Shown in pieces: positions 44,722-54,200 of a stretch of 64,000 nt of DNA. The position numbers and the translations under genes are program-made. The stretch covers positions 50,642 through 114,641 of the forward strand of contig CALUOH010000010.1 of the NCBI GenBank assembly GCA_944322025.1, read 5' to 3'. How positions within the stretch are numbered: the first letter of the stretch is position 1; every line of letters starts with the position of its first letter. The stretch is from an uncultured Bacteroidales bacterium. Lineage in GTDB: Bacteria; Bacteroidota; Bacteroidia; Bacteroidales; Paludibacteraceae. The notes below the pieces were generated by a model, which worked only from the letters and a program-made list of their open reading frames with translations, made no database searches and was not told where the DNA came from.

Positions 44722-45707
44722 GTGCGGTGTCAATATTGGTATGTCTCTACAATGCGGAGCGGTATATAGGCCGATGTGCGGAGAGCCTCTTCGGGCAGAC
44801 TATGGCTGATGTGGAGTACATCTTCGTGGACGACGGGAGCAGCGACGGCTCTATGGCCGTGCTTGCTGATGTGCTTGGGCGTTTCCCCCATAGGAGAGGG
44901 CAGGTGAGGATGGTTAGCATGGGCTTAAACTGCGGCGTGGAGGCTGCACGGCGCAGGGCTGTGGCCGAGGCCGCGGGAGACTACCTCCTGTTTGTGGACA
45001 GCGACGACTACATAGAGCCTGACATGGCTGCACGGCTCTACGGCATGGCTGTTGAGACGGGGGCGGACATTGTGGCGTGCGACTTCGTGACCGAGTATGC
45101 CGACGGGCGGAGCGAGCTCTGCCGTGAGCATGTGGCCGCCGGGAGGGAGGAGCGGTTCAGGGATATGCTGGAGAACAGGCGCGCGAACGGCTACCTGTGG
45201 AACAAGATGTACCGTGCCGCGCTGTTACGTAAGTGCCGGTACGGCGATAGGCCGATGAACTATCTGGAGGACTATGCGGCCAATGTGCAGCTCTACTACT
45301 ATGCGGAGCGTGTGGCTCATCTGCCCGTGCCGCTCTACCACTATGTGAAGAACGGCGCTTCGGTCACGGCAGTCCGCTCACGCCGTCATTTTGAGGACGC
45401 GCAGGAGTTCTGGCGGCGGACGGAGGCCTTCATGCGTGAGATGGGCATTTACAGCGAGTACGAAGCCACGCTCTCGAAGCTCAAAGTGGAGATGAAGGCG
45501 CACCTGATGATGGACACCGCCGACCGCCGTCTGCGCCGTGAGTTCCGCACCATGTTCCGCGCCGAGGAAGCCTCTGTCGGCACAGCCTTTCTTCGCCGTG
45601 GCGAGCGTCTGATGCTCTGGACCGTGCGCCGCCGCCTCTTCCTCCTTGGCGATGCCCTAAGGCACGCCGTCCTCCTCCGCAACTCGCTGCGCAGGACTTT
45701 TTCGTGA
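44718..45707 (+). CDS. Glycosyltransferase family 2
   Basis: VSILVCLYNAERYIGRCAESL...FVDDGSSDGS...FVDSDD (DxD) motifs are present. There is a 4-nt overlap with wzx. Confidence 0.8.
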   Translation: MSAVSILVCLYNAERYIGRCAESLFGQTMADVEYIFVDDGSSDGSMAVLADVLGRFPHRRGQVRMVSMGLNCGVEAARRRAVAEAAGDYLLFVDSDDYIEPDMAARLYGMAVETGADIVACDFVTEYADGRSELCREHVAAGREERFRDMLENRRANGYLWNKMYRAALLRKCRYGDRPMNYLEDYAANVQLYYYAERVAHLPVPLYHYVKNGASVTAVRSRRHFEDAQEFWRRTEAFMREMGIYSEYEATLSKLKVEMKAHLMMDTADRRLRREFRTMFRAEEASVGTAFLRRGERLMLWTVRRRLFLLGDALRHAVLLRNSLRRTFS

Positions 45708-45763
45708 ACACGTGTTTTTATCTTGACTGGCATAAGACCTTTGTGTATATATATGACTTTCGC

Positions 45764-45771
45764 TATCTTTG
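45764..45771 (+). promoter_or_regulatory. -7 promoter box (TATCTTTG) for the ECF sigma operon
   Basis: Exact match to TAnnTTTG, 65 nt upstream of the ATG at 45836. Confidence 0.5.
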
Positions 45772-45835
45772 CCGTGGAATGATGAGTGGGGCTGTGGACC
45801 GGGAGGGGTGTGTTATGTAGTTGTGTAAGCGTGTG

Positions 45836-46387
45836 ATGGATAATAGTAGGTTAGATGATTTGTTGCCTAAGCTGATGGATGCGAGGGAGAGGGCGGGGGC
45901 GTTCTCTTCGCTCGTGCGTCTGACGCAGGAGCGGCTGTACTGGCATGTGCGCAAGATGGTGCTTGTGCATGAGGACGCGAATGATGTGCTGCAAAATACG
46001 TATATGAAGGCGTGGAGGTCGCTGGGGTCGTTCAGGGGGGAGTGTCAGATTTATACGTGGCTGTACCGTATCGCGACTAATGAGACGCTTACGTTTCTGG
46101 CGTCGCAGAGGATGAAGAATGTGTCGTCGCCTGTGGATTATGAGGATGTCATGCTCTCGCGCATGGAGGCTGATGTGTATTATGAGGGGGAGGAGATGCA
46201 GCGGAAGTTTCAGCGGGCGGTGCTCTCGCTGCCGGAGAAGCAGCGGCTGGTGTTCAATATGAGGTATTATGATGAGATGAAGTATGAGGAGATTTCGGAG
46301 ATTACGGGGACATCGGTGGGGGCGTTGAAGGCGTCGTATCATCATGCGGTGAGGAAGATTGAGCAGTTTGTGAGGGATGAGGATTGA
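45836..46387 (+). CDS. RNA polymerase ECF-type sigma-70 factor
   Basis: ATG at 45836. Region 2 (DANDVLQNTYMKAWRSLGSFRGE..IYTWLYRIATNE) and the region 4 HTH (MKYEEISEITGTSVGALKASYHHAVRKI) are present. Confidence 0.85.
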   Translation: MDNSRLDDLLPKLMDARERAGAFSSLVRLTQERLYWHVRKMVLVHEDANDVLQNTYMKAWRSLGSFRGECQIYTWLYRIATNETLTFLASQRMKNVSSPVDYEDVMLSRMEADVYYEGEEMQRKFQRAVLSLPEKQRLVFNMRYYDEMKYEEISEITGTSVGALKASYHHAVRKIEQFVRDED

Positions 46388-46520
46388 GGGGGAGGATTAA
46401 ACCTTTGTGGGTTGCGTGTGTCAAATGGTTGTGAGGACGCAGTGGGGAGGGGGTGTGTTGTGGAGGTTGGTGCGCGGATGACTCAGGAGTGGAATATTAA
46501 CCGGGTAAATCTTTATTGAT

Positions 46521-46850
46521 ATGGATGAGAAGGTGTTTGATATGGAGATGAGGGGGCGGGAGTTGCCGTTTTCCGTCCCGGAGGGTTATTTTGAGCGGTT
46601 TGCGGAGGAGATGGAGCGGAGCATAGCACCGCAGAAGAGGCCGGTGTGGGCACTGGCGCGTCCTATTTTTACGGCGGCGGCTGTCTTTGCTGGCCTGATT
46701 GCGGTATCGTATCTGGTGTTCACGTTGCAGAGGGGCATTGTACCGCAGACGGATGATTATATGCCTGTGCGTCAGGAGTACGCGGAGATAATAGCCGACC
46801 AGTTCGATGTGTTGCAGCTGGAGGATATTTTGTCGGGCGAGGAGGAGTGA
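46521..46850 (+). CDS. Single-pass membrane protein, probable anti-sigma factor
   Basis: Lies immediately downstream of the ECF sigma gene and has one TM segment (WALARPIFTAAAVFAGLIAVSYLVF). Confidence 0.4.
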   Translation: MDEKVFDMEMRGRELPFSVPEGYFERFAEEMERSIAPQKRPVWALARPIFTAAAVFAGLIAVSYLVFTLQRGIVPQTDDYMPVRQEYAEIIADQFDVLQLEDILSGEEE

Positions 46851-46898
46851 TGCGGCAGTGCGGGTGGCAATCGGGGAAAATATGTGTCGACTGAATAT

Positions 46899-47348
46899 AT
46901 GAGGAATTTTGTTTTGACGGTTTGTTTTGCGTGTCTGCCGCTTTTGCTTCTGGCGGATGATCCTAAGTGCAGGACGAAGGAGGAGTGGCGCGCGTATGTC
47001 AATGCGCAGAAGCGGGTGTTTTTTAATGACCAGATAGGGTTTACTCAGACGGAGGCTGCGGCCTTCTGGCCTCTGTATGAGAACTATTCGGCAGATATGA
47101 GACGGTCGCACAAGAGTGTGCGTACGGCTATGAGAGAGGGCGAGAGCGGATCCGCGGACTATGATGTTATAGTGCGGCGGATAAATGATGAGGAGGGGGT
47201 GCAGGATTCTCTGCGTGTGGTGTTTATGTCGGAACTTGGAAAGATACTTCCTGCGGAGAAGGTGTACAGGTATATGAAGGCTGAGGACGCTTTTAAGCAG
47301 TTGCTAATCAAGGATGTTGACAACAAGGGGCAGAAAGGTAAAAAATAA
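46899..47348 (+). CDS. Exported hypothetical protein (possibly Spy/CpxP-like periplasmic helper)
   Basis: ATG at 46899 gives a signal peptide (MRNFVLTVCFACLPLLLLA). The body is helical and charged. It is the third gene of the ECF module. Confidence 0.35.
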   Translation: MRNFVLTVCFACLPLLLLADDPKCRTKEEWRAYVNAQKRVFFNDQIGFTQTEAAAFWPLYENYSADMRRSHKSVRTAMREGESGSADYDVIVRRINDEEGVQDSLRVVFMSELGKILPAEKVYRYMKAEDAFKQLLIKDVDNKGQKGKK

Positions 47349-47383
47349 TTGTGGAAAAGTTTTGCCGGTATGGGTAAAAGCGT

Positions 47384-47391
47384 TACCTTTG
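47384..47391 (+). promoter_or_regulatory. -7 promoter box (TACCTTTG) for tRNA-Cys
   Basis: Exact match, 16 nt before the tRNA 5' end. Confidence 0.6.
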
Positions 47392-47406
47392 CAGCTGTAA
47401 AACCAA

Positions 47407-47478
47407 GGTTCCTTGGATGAGTGGCTTAGTCAGCGGTCTGCAAAACCGTGTACGGCGGTTCGAATCCGCCAGGAACCT
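47407..47478 (+). tRNA. tRNA-Cys (anticodon GCA)
   Basis: I folded the cloverleaf by hand. The acceptor is GGTTCCT/AGGAACC, the T arm is GGCGG-TTCGAAT-CCGCC, and the anticodon arm is GCGGT-CTGCAAA-ACCGT. The D stem has 3 bp with a 13:22 mismatch, and the discriminator is U, as expected for Cys. No CCA is encoded. Confidence 0.85.
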
Positions 47479-47608
47479 CTGAAAAAATAAAGCCTTGCAG
47501 CTATAACCTTCTTTCGCAGTGGGTGTAGTTTGCAAGGTTTTTTGTTATGTGAGCCTGTACGGTGTGCGGGCTTGCTTGAAAGTAAGGTATAATGTTTAGT
47601 TTTTAGGT

Positions 47609-48529
47609 ATGTTGTGTTTGCGTGTATTGTTTGTGGGCTTCTGCCTGTGTGTGTCGGCAGGTCTGTATCCTATCAATCCTCTGAGGGAGTATGTGCGTCT
47701 GCCTCAGGATATGGGTCTTATGTATAAGGATATATCGCCGATCACATCGGACGGGTATAAGATTAGGACGTGGTTTGTGCCTGCGCAGAGAGCGCATGAG
47801 GCTGATTCGGTAAGAGGCAAGGCAGTTATACGCCCATATAGGCCGGAGTATGATGGAGTCAGGCCGACGATTATTTTCTGTAATGGAGATGAGGAGAACA
47901 TGAGTCATGGACCGCTGCATTTTGCCAGGATTTTTGCATGCCACTATGGTTTTAATGTAGTCACGTTTGACTGGCGCGGGTTCGGGCATAGCACGAGATT
48001 CCCGTTGAACAGTAATTACATTTGCTATACGGAGATGCTTGAGGATTTCAGAGCAGTGATAGATGTCGTGATGAAACAGAAGGAGGTGGACAAGAGCCGT
48101 GTGGCAGTGATTGGCAATTCGACTGGAGGATTGATTGCAATGATGTCTGTGCATAGGAGTGGACGTATAGCTGCGTTTGTCGGTAGGGGCATTCCGACCG
48201 GTTTGCGTGAGACGGCGAAGCAGTTGGAGAAGTATGTGGGGAGAGACTCTGTAAGTATGCGTATACCGGATGATTTTCCTATGGAAGAGATGCCGATAAA
48301 GATAGCGCCGCAGTTTCATGTACCGTCGCTATTCATAGTCGGCGAGTATGACATGCATACGCCTGTATGGATGAGTAAGGCTATAATAGACAATATGCCG
48401 GAGGGTGTGGAGAGAAGACTTCTCGTGGTACACGATGCCGGCCACGGGGCGAGCGCGGCTCCGGAGGTAGTGGCAGAAGATGAGGTGGTGACCGCAACTG
48501 TGGAATTTCTGAGGTCTTTGGGCTTCTGA
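47609..48529 (+). CDS. Alpha/beta hydrolase (dienelactone hydrolase/peptidase S9-like fold)
   Basis: Has an N-terminal signal-like segment, the nucleophile elbow GNSTGG, and a late HDAGH motif consistent with the catalytic His. Confidence 0.7.
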   Translation: MLCLRVLFVGFCLCVSAGLYPINPLREYVRLPQDMGLMYKDISPITSDGYKIRTWFVPAQRAHEADSVRGKAVIRPYRPEYDGVRPTIIFCNGDEENMSHGPLHFARIFACHYGFNVVTFDWRGFGHSTRFPLNSNYICYTEMLEDFRAVIDVVMKQKEVDKSRVAVIGNSTGGLIAMMSVHRSGRIAAFVGRGIPTGLRETAKQLEKYVGRDSVSMRIPDDFPMEEMPIKIAPQFHVPSLFIVGEYDMHTPVWMSKAIIDNMPEGVERRLLVVHDAGHGASAAPEVVAEDEVVTATVEFLRSLGF

Positions 48530-48587
48530 CGTTATGTCGGCTTGAGGGGGAGAGAGGCTTGGTTTTACCCGGTGAGAGTGCTTAAGT

Positions 48588-48632
48588 AAATATGGAGGCC
48601 TGCAAATCATTGATTTGCAGGCCTCCATATTT
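48588..48632. terminator. 45-bp near-perfect palindrome (terminator and/or element boundary)
   Basis: AAATATGGAGGCCTGCAAATCA (48588-48609) pairs with TGATTTGCAGGCCTCCATATTT (48611-48632). GC content drops sharply immediately to the right. Confidence 0.6.
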
Positions 48633-48717
48633 ACGAACATTTATTCGCGGAAGCGGGGGGAATGAAACCGTTATTGATAACTATTTAATTAATTGTTAAT
48701 GTGCTGCTTTTGTGCGG

Positions 48718-49014
48718 TCATAAATTACTGTTGTATTGATTTACACTTTGTAAAACATCAATCAATTCGGGTTCGTAGATTAATTTAATATTATAACCAC
48801 TATCTTTGAGTTCTTGTGTTTTTTTGAGTTTAGATGGTCCAGCTCCGTTTCCTATTATCACTATATTAGTTTTTTTCGTAATGGAGGTATTTATATCCGC
48901 GCCCAATGATTGTAATAATTTCCCCAATTCGACTAAACCTATTGAACATGCACTGGTATGTGCAGGGGTCATTGTTTCGAAGTCAATCGCTACAAACGAA
49001 AATGCATTATTCAT
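48718..49014 (-). pseudogene. Internally deleted DEDD exonuclease-BRCT gene remnant
   Basis: The N-terminal ~30 aa carry the ExoI motif (FVAIDFETMT...ACSIGLV) and are joined directly to a BRCT-like tail (TKKTNIVIIGNGAGPSKLKKTQELKDSGYNIKLIYEPEL). The ExoII and ExoIII regions are absent. Confidence 0.45.
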
Positions 49015-49030
49015 ATGTTTCTGAATTTAT

Positions 49031-49438
49031 TTATCCGGCGGCAGCATAGCCTGCATCCAGTACAGCTGTGGTCTCTCCTGTACCGCCAGAAAGGGCTTTT
49101 TTATAGTTTTCAATTTCAGCTTTCAGTCTGCCTATCTCTTCTGCCTGTTCACTGATTTTGTGGAGTATCTTGTCTATCACAGGGTTGGCGGTGTCCGAAT
49201 TTACTTCATTTAACCCTTGTTTCAGCGTCATTTCTCCTATTCCTAATATCAGCCAGTTGGCAGATATATTTGCGTTTGCGCATACTTTTTCTACCAACTC
49301 ATAAGAGGGTTTGCCTTGCCTTTTGCCTGTAACATTTTGTATTACAGAGGGATTTACGCCTATTGTAGTGGCGAATGCTCTTTTGTTTCCTTTGTATAAG
49401 TCGTTTATGACAATTTTAAATCGTTCATTTATAGTCAT
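49031..49438 (-). CDS. Phage CI-like HTH repressor with a C-terminal coiled coil
   Basis: Has the HTH KRAFATTIGVNPSVIQNVTGKRQGKPSYELVEKV and a heptad-like tail (ISEQAEEIGRLKAEIENYKK). It is divergent from the early operon. Confidence 0.7.
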   Translation of the reverse strand: MTINERFKIVINDLYKGNKRAFATTIGVNPSVIQNVTGKRQGKPSYELVEKVCANANISANWLILGIGEMTLKQGLNEVNSDTANPVIDKILHKISEQAEEIGRLKAEIENYKKALSGGTGETTAVLDAGYAAAG

Positions 49439-49490
49439 ATAGAATATTTTATGCGCAAAAGCGCAAAATATTTGATTAAATGTTTGTTTG

Positions 49491-49508
49491 TAGTCGCAAT
49501 TGCGACTA
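49491..49508. promoter_or_regulatory. Perfect 18-bp palindromic operator overlapping the early rightward promoter
   Basis: TAGTCGCAATTGCGACTA is its own reverse complement. Its last 2 bp are the first 2 bp of the -7 box TATCTTTG (49507-49514). Confidence 0.6.
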
Positions 49509-49554
49509 TCTTTGCATTGTCAATTTACACGGCAATTTATAAAAAGATAATGGT

Positions 49555-49773
49555 ATGACAAACAGGAAGAAAATTTTACTGCCCTATGGGGCAGGTAACC
49601 GCATTGCGGAAGAGTTCGGGGCGAACCGGGCTACCGTGTCGGCCGCGCTGAATTTTGTTACTAACAGTTATCTGGCGCGGGCGATAAGGAGCAGGGCGAT
49701 GGAACTGGGAGGTAAGGAGGTTGAACTTGGGTCGGCTGCCGAAGGGCAGGCGTGTGAGAGCAGGGAGGGGTGA
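49555..49773 (+). CDS. Small HTH protein (Cro/antirepressor-like)
   Basis: It is the first gene of the rightward operon and has the HTH-like segment NRIAEEFGANRATVSAALN. Confidence 0.5.
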   Translation: MTNRKKILLPYGAGNRIAEEFGANRATVSAALNFVTNSYLARAIRSRAMELGGKEVELGSAAEGQACESREG

Positions 49774-49776
49774 GCT

Positions 49777-49992
49777 ATGAGAAGTCAGAATGACAGGATT
49801 AAGATGGTGAGGGCAGGATGGACGGTGCTGAGGATAGTGGATGTGGTGATGGGGGAGGGGAGCAGGCCGTTTATCAAGTACACGCCTGACGGGAGTAACT
49901 GGAAGGTGTGGAAAAGGTTTGTGAGCAAGGCCGCGCTGATGCGTGAGGTGAAGCGCATCGATGCGGAGGAGAGGATGACGGTGTTTGAATAA
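49777..49992 (+). CDS. Hypothetical early protein
   Basis: ATG-started 71-aa ORF, tightly packed (3-nt gap from the upstream stop). Confidence 0.4.
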   Translation: MRSQNDRIKMVRAGWTVLRIVDVVMGEGSRPFIKYTPDGSNWKVWKRFVSKAALMREVKRIDAEERMTVFE

Positions 49993-50008
49993 GAAAGGTA
50001 ATGGCGTT

Positions 50009-50281
50009 ATGAAGGTTATAGATATGAGCGCGGAGCTTAGGGTGGCGAGGCGCGATGAGGGATGTGTGGTGGTACACATGGATTTTGCAGGGAGGGCTAC
50101 TGATGTGGCCGATGAGCTGGTGTGGTGTTATGACCTGCCGGTGGAGGAGGTGACTATCATGGAAGGCAATGCGGGGGCGGAGATTTTTATCGCGTCGGCT
50201 GACCTGACGGAGGATGAGCTGACGGAGAGGCTGGTGGAGGTGTGCGGACGGATGTTTCTTGGCAGGCTTAAGGTGAGGTGA
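50009..50281 (+). CDS. Hypothetical early protein
   Basis: ATG at 50009 (MKVIDMSAEL...) lies within the TTG-started ORF 49985-50281. The composition is acidic. Confidence 0.4.
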   Translation: MKVIDMSAELRVARRDEGCVVVHMDFAGRATDVADELVWCYDLPVEEVTIMEGNAGAEIFIASADLTEDELTERLVEVCGRMFLGRLKVR

Positions 50282-50283
50282 TT

Positions 50284-50382
50284 ATGGGGTTTGTATTGTT
50301 TGTTGTGTGCCTGTTTGTGGTTTGTGAGGTGGTGATGCTGGTGGTGAAGCGCAGGATTGACAGGGATGACAGAGAGAGATGA
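50284..50382 (+). CDS. 32-aa single-TM peptide
   Basis: Reads MGFVLFVVCLFVVCEVVMLVVKRRIDRDDRER. Its start is 2 nt after the upstream stop, and its stop overlaps the next ATG (ATGA). Confidence 0.35.
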   Translation: MGFVLFVVCLFVVCEVVMLVVKRRIDRDDRER

Positions 50383-50582
50383 ACCATTGTGTTTATGTTC
50401 GATGCCGGGCGTGCGGGACGGTGTACTGCGTGAGGTGCGAGGGGTACGGCTGTCCTGTGTGCGGGGCGATGTATGATGACGGATATGAGACGGGAGGAGT
50501 TTTTGGAGCTGGTTTCTCCGGAGAGGATGGAGCGGGAGCTGGCGGCAAGGGGGCGGGAGGAGGTGATGGGGCTGATGAATGA
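50379..50582 (+). CDS. Small zinc-ribbon protein (3' extent uncertain)
   Basis: Has CxxC...CxxC (RCRACGTVYCVRCEGYGCPVCG). The Gly-rich tail overlaps a better-looking ORF in another frame from 50473 onward. Confidence 0.35.
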   Translation: MNHCVYVRCRACGTVYCVRCEGYGCPVCGAMYDDGYETGGVFGAGFSGEDGAGAGGKGAGGGDGADE

Positions 50583-50790
50583 GATGGCGCGGGTGATTGA
50601 GGGGATGGGTGAGGGGCAGTATATCGATGTGGGGCGTGTGCGTGAGGAGAACCGTGCGCTGTTCTGTGCGGCGGCGCGGGATGCGATGATGTGTAACAAC
50701 AGATTTTATTTTAACGATGAGTACACGAGGTTTTACAGAGCGAGAATGGACGCAGAGGGAAATGCAGTTCTTGAAGGCTCATGCGGCTGA
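50473..50790 (+). CDS. Hypothetical early protein
   Basis: 105-aa ORF with helical, protein-like composition (EEFLELVSPERMERELAARGREEVMGLMNEMARVIEG). Confidence 0.4.
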   Translation: MMTDMRREEFLELVSPERMERELAARGREEVMGLMNEMARVIEGMGEGQYIDVGRVREENRALFCAAARDAMMCNNRFYFNDEYTRFYRARMDAEGNAVLEGSCG

Positions 50791-51133
50791 CATGAGTTTT
50801 GCGGATATGGCGAGGGTTATCGGCAGGAGTGAGATGGCAGTGAGGGTGAAGGCTCACCGGATGCTGCTGGATGTGAGGGTGAACGGGAGGAGCCGCCAGA
50901 GGGTGACGCACAATGTGGCGCGGAAGATGGTGGAGCTGAAGATTAGCCTGAGGTATTTCCGGCCGGGGAGGGAGTTTTTCGTGAGAACGGGGTTGTCGCA
51001 GAAGCGTTTTTGGGCGGCGATGCGGGGGGAGATATATCTGAACAACAGTGAGCTTGCAAGGCTTGCAAAGGAGCTGAATGTTGACCTTGCGGAGTTCCGG
51101 GAGGTGCTGCAGCTGGAGATGGAGTTTGAGTAA
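50717..51133 (+). CDS. DNA-binding protein (Myb/SANT-like N-terminus plus XRE-like HTH)
   Basis: EREWTQREMQFLKAHAADMSFADMARVIGRSEMAVRVKAHRM and GLSQKRFWAAMRGEIYLNNSELARLAKELNV are present. Confidence 0.5.
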   Translation: MSTRGFTEREWTQREMQFLKAHAADMSFADMARVIGRSEMAVRVKAHRMLLDVRVNGRSRQRVTHNVARKMVELKISLRYFRPGREFFVRTGLSQKRFWAAMRGEIYLNNSELARLAKELNVDLAEFREVLQLEMEFE

Positions 51134-51177
51134 TTGGGCAATATGTCATGTCTGTTTATGTTTGCAGGCATGGGAGG

Positions 51178-51185
51178 TATTTTTG
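51178..51185 (+). promoter_or_regulatory. -7 promoter box (TATTTTTG) upstream of the primase-helicase gene
   Basis: Matches TAnnTTTG, 26 nt before the ATG at 51211. Confidence 0.45.
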
Positions 51186-51210
51186 CGTTTGAGTTTTTAC
51201 AATCGGCTAT

Positions 51211-54200
51211 ATGAAACAAGATATAATAGAACGTGTCAAGGAAGCGAATGATATCGTTGAGGTTATCGGTGAACGCCAGAACCTTCGGAGGGCTGGGGCT
51301 AATTATGTGGGTGTGTGTCCTTTCCATGCGGACACGACGCCGAGCCTTACGGTGAGCAGGGCGAAGCAGATATATAAGTGTTTCGCGTGCGGGGCTGGGG
51401 GTGATGTGATTAAGTATGTGATGGAGACGGAGCGGGTGACTTTTTATGAGGCGTTGAGGATGCTGGCGAGGAGGGCTCATGTGGAGTTGCCTGAGGAGAG
51501 AGAAGAGAGTGCTGATGACAGGAGGCTGAGGCTGGAGCGTGAGAGGCTGTACGGGGAGGCGAGGAGGCTGCATGGCGAGCTGCTGGAGGGACGTGGGGAG
51601 AGCGAGTTTTTCAGGTATCTGTCGGAGAGGGGGATTACGCAGGAGGCGGCTGATGTGTTCGGGCTGGGGTACGGGAGGAGCGGTTTTTTCAGGGGGAGGG
51701 TGACTTACCCGTTTTTTGACGCGGGGGGTAATGTTATTGGTTTTACGGGGCGGCTGACGGGCTGGAGCAAGGGGTGTCAGATGCCGAAGTACAAGAATTC
51801 GGATGAGAGCGCGATATTCCATAAGGGGAATGTGATATTCGGGTTGCCACAGGCGAAAGGGGAGATTGTGCGGAAGGGGTATGCTGTGTGGGTGGAGGGG
51901 CAGAATGATGTGATAACGATGTGGCAGAGGGGTGTGAGGAATGTGGTGTGCGGGAGCGGGAGCGCGATGACGGAGGGGCATGTGAGGATGCTGTCGAGGT
52001 TCACGAGGAGCGTGACGCTGATGTTTGACGGTGACAAGGCGGGGAGGGATGCTACGCTGAAGGCGATGGGGACGCTGCTGAAGGCGGGGATGGGTGTGAA
52101 GGCGGTGAGGCTGCCGGATGGTGAGGACCCGGATACGTTCGCCCAGAAGAGGGATGATGTGGAGGAGGTGGTGTCGAGGGCTGCGGGCTGGGGTGCGTAT
52201 CTGCTGGCGGAGTACCCTTTTGTGGAGGATGACATTGACGGGAATGCGGAGAGGGTGGAGAGGCTTGTGGAGTATGCGGTGCTGGTGGATAGTGATGTGA
52301 AGCGGGGTGAGTTTGTGAAGGGGATATGCTCGAGGTTCGGGATTGGGGCGGATGTGCTGCGCGGGAGGGTGAAGCCTGTGCCGAGGACGGACAGGTGGCA
52401 GAACGGGTATTACGGGATGGATGAGGCGAAGGAGGTGATGAAGGAGAGGGGCGGGGAGTGGCATCTGACGTTTGACGAGGAGGTGTTTTGCGAGGGGGTG
52501 TGCGAGAGCGCGGTCATACTGTGGAAGGGGAAGGCGGGCAAGCATGCGGTGCAGAGCTTCAGGTCGGAGGTCAATACGGTATATGTGGACGGGGGTGAGC
52601 TGAGGTTTGCGGAGGGTTGTGCGGGGACGGAGGTGGATGTGTGCTACCGTCTGCACTGCGGGGGCGTGAGCGTGATAGTGGAGAGGGAGGATGGTGCTGT
52701 GCTGTTTGTGGACTGGCTGATAGATGAGATAGGAGGGTTTTATGCGCAGCTTAATTCAAATGACAAGGCGGCCGCACTGGATATGGCCTTGCATACGATA
52801 GCGCATACGCCGGGTTCGCTCCAGACGATAAAGGGGAAGGAGTGGCGCGAGAGGTTCGGGCTCGGGAAGAGCGAGTATAACAAGCTGCTGGGGGAGGTGT
52901 TCGCGGAGATACGGGACAGGGGGAGCATGGAGAGGCGCAAGGATGACTTTCAGGATATGCGCCCTTTTGACCTGAACCTGCTGCCGGACTATGTGGTGCA
53001 GGACGAGACGTTGAAGAAGGTGTATGACCTGTACGGCTATTATCCTCTGCTGAAGAATGACGGGACGCGGTGCGCGTACGCATTCAGGAATGACAAGGGG
53101 GAGGGGCACACTATGCTGTCGAACTGCTATGTGGAGCCGCTGATACACCTGTACAGCCAGAATGACCTTAACAATAAGCGTATTGTGAAGATAAACCATA
53201 TCAGCGAACAGGCGGTGTATTATGAGTGGCCGTCAACGGCTTTCGTGTCGTTGCAGACATTCATGCGTCAGCTGATACTTGCCGGAGCATATAATTTCGG
53301 CGGGACGGCCGTGCAGTTCGACCGCCTGCGTAACAACCTGCTTTCCGGATTTACGAAGTGTGAGCTGCTGACGGTGTACGGCTGGCAGAAGGAGGGTTTC
53401 TGGGCGTTCCCGAACGCGATTTATCACAGGAAGGAAGAAGGCGGGCCAAATGTCATAGAGTACACGAATAACATAGGTGTCATGACACACCGGCGCATCA
53501 ATTATTACAGCCCGGCCTGTTCTGAGATTTCGGTGGGCAAGGACAGCGCGCAGGGTTCGCAGTACCAGCAGGACAGGTATATGATGTACAAGGATATACC
53601 GGAGGGTGAGCGCATAAGTTTTGCCGAGTGGGCCGCGCTGATGGACGAGGTGTATAAGATAAATGACAACGGCAAGTGGGCTGTGCTGTTTGATGTGATG
53701 ACATGTTTCAGGGATTTCATCTTCGAGACAAGGCGCTGTTTCACATCGCTCTTCTTTTCCGGGCCTACCGGCTCGGGCAAGTCGCAGATAGCCTTCTCGA
53801 TGCGTTCGCTCTTCATGTCCCCCAACGCGGCCGCCTTCAACCTGACGACAGGCACACTGCCGGCGTTCGGCGCAATGATGCAGCGTTACCGCAATATAAT
53901 AGTCATAATGGAGGAGTATAACGACGAGATAGACGAACGTATATTCCAAGGACTGAAAGCCGCCGTGCTTGACGGTCAGGGGCGCCAGAAGATGAGCAAC
54001 GCGGAGACGAAGGAGATGGACTTGTCCGACGTTAACAGCGTCCCACTCCTCCTCGGGCAGTATGCACCGCAGAGGGACGACGGCGCACTGGCCAACAGGT
54101 GCATACTCTGCAATGTGCCCTACTCGCAGGGATTTACAGAGCATGAGGTAGCAGTATTCGAGAGGCTGAAAAGTTACGAGAAGTCAGGCCTCTCCAACGT

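Noticed and set aside
48541-48587. Possible eleventh, degenerate copy of the dispersed repeat (GGCTTGGTTTTACCCGGTGAGAGTGCTTAAG), and another near 2248-2275
   Set aside because: Only the GGCTTGG and GAGAGT fragments match, and the TACGTGTTTTTAAC core is missing. This is too weak to count by eye.
47407-48640. tRNA-Cys as the integration site (attL) of the phage-like element
   Set aside because: No copy of the tRNA 3' segment (GGCGGTTCGAATCCGCCAGGAACC) or other direct repeat was found at 48.5-48.7 kb or elsewhere in the window. A normal-looking hydrolase gene with host-like composition separates the tRNA from the element.
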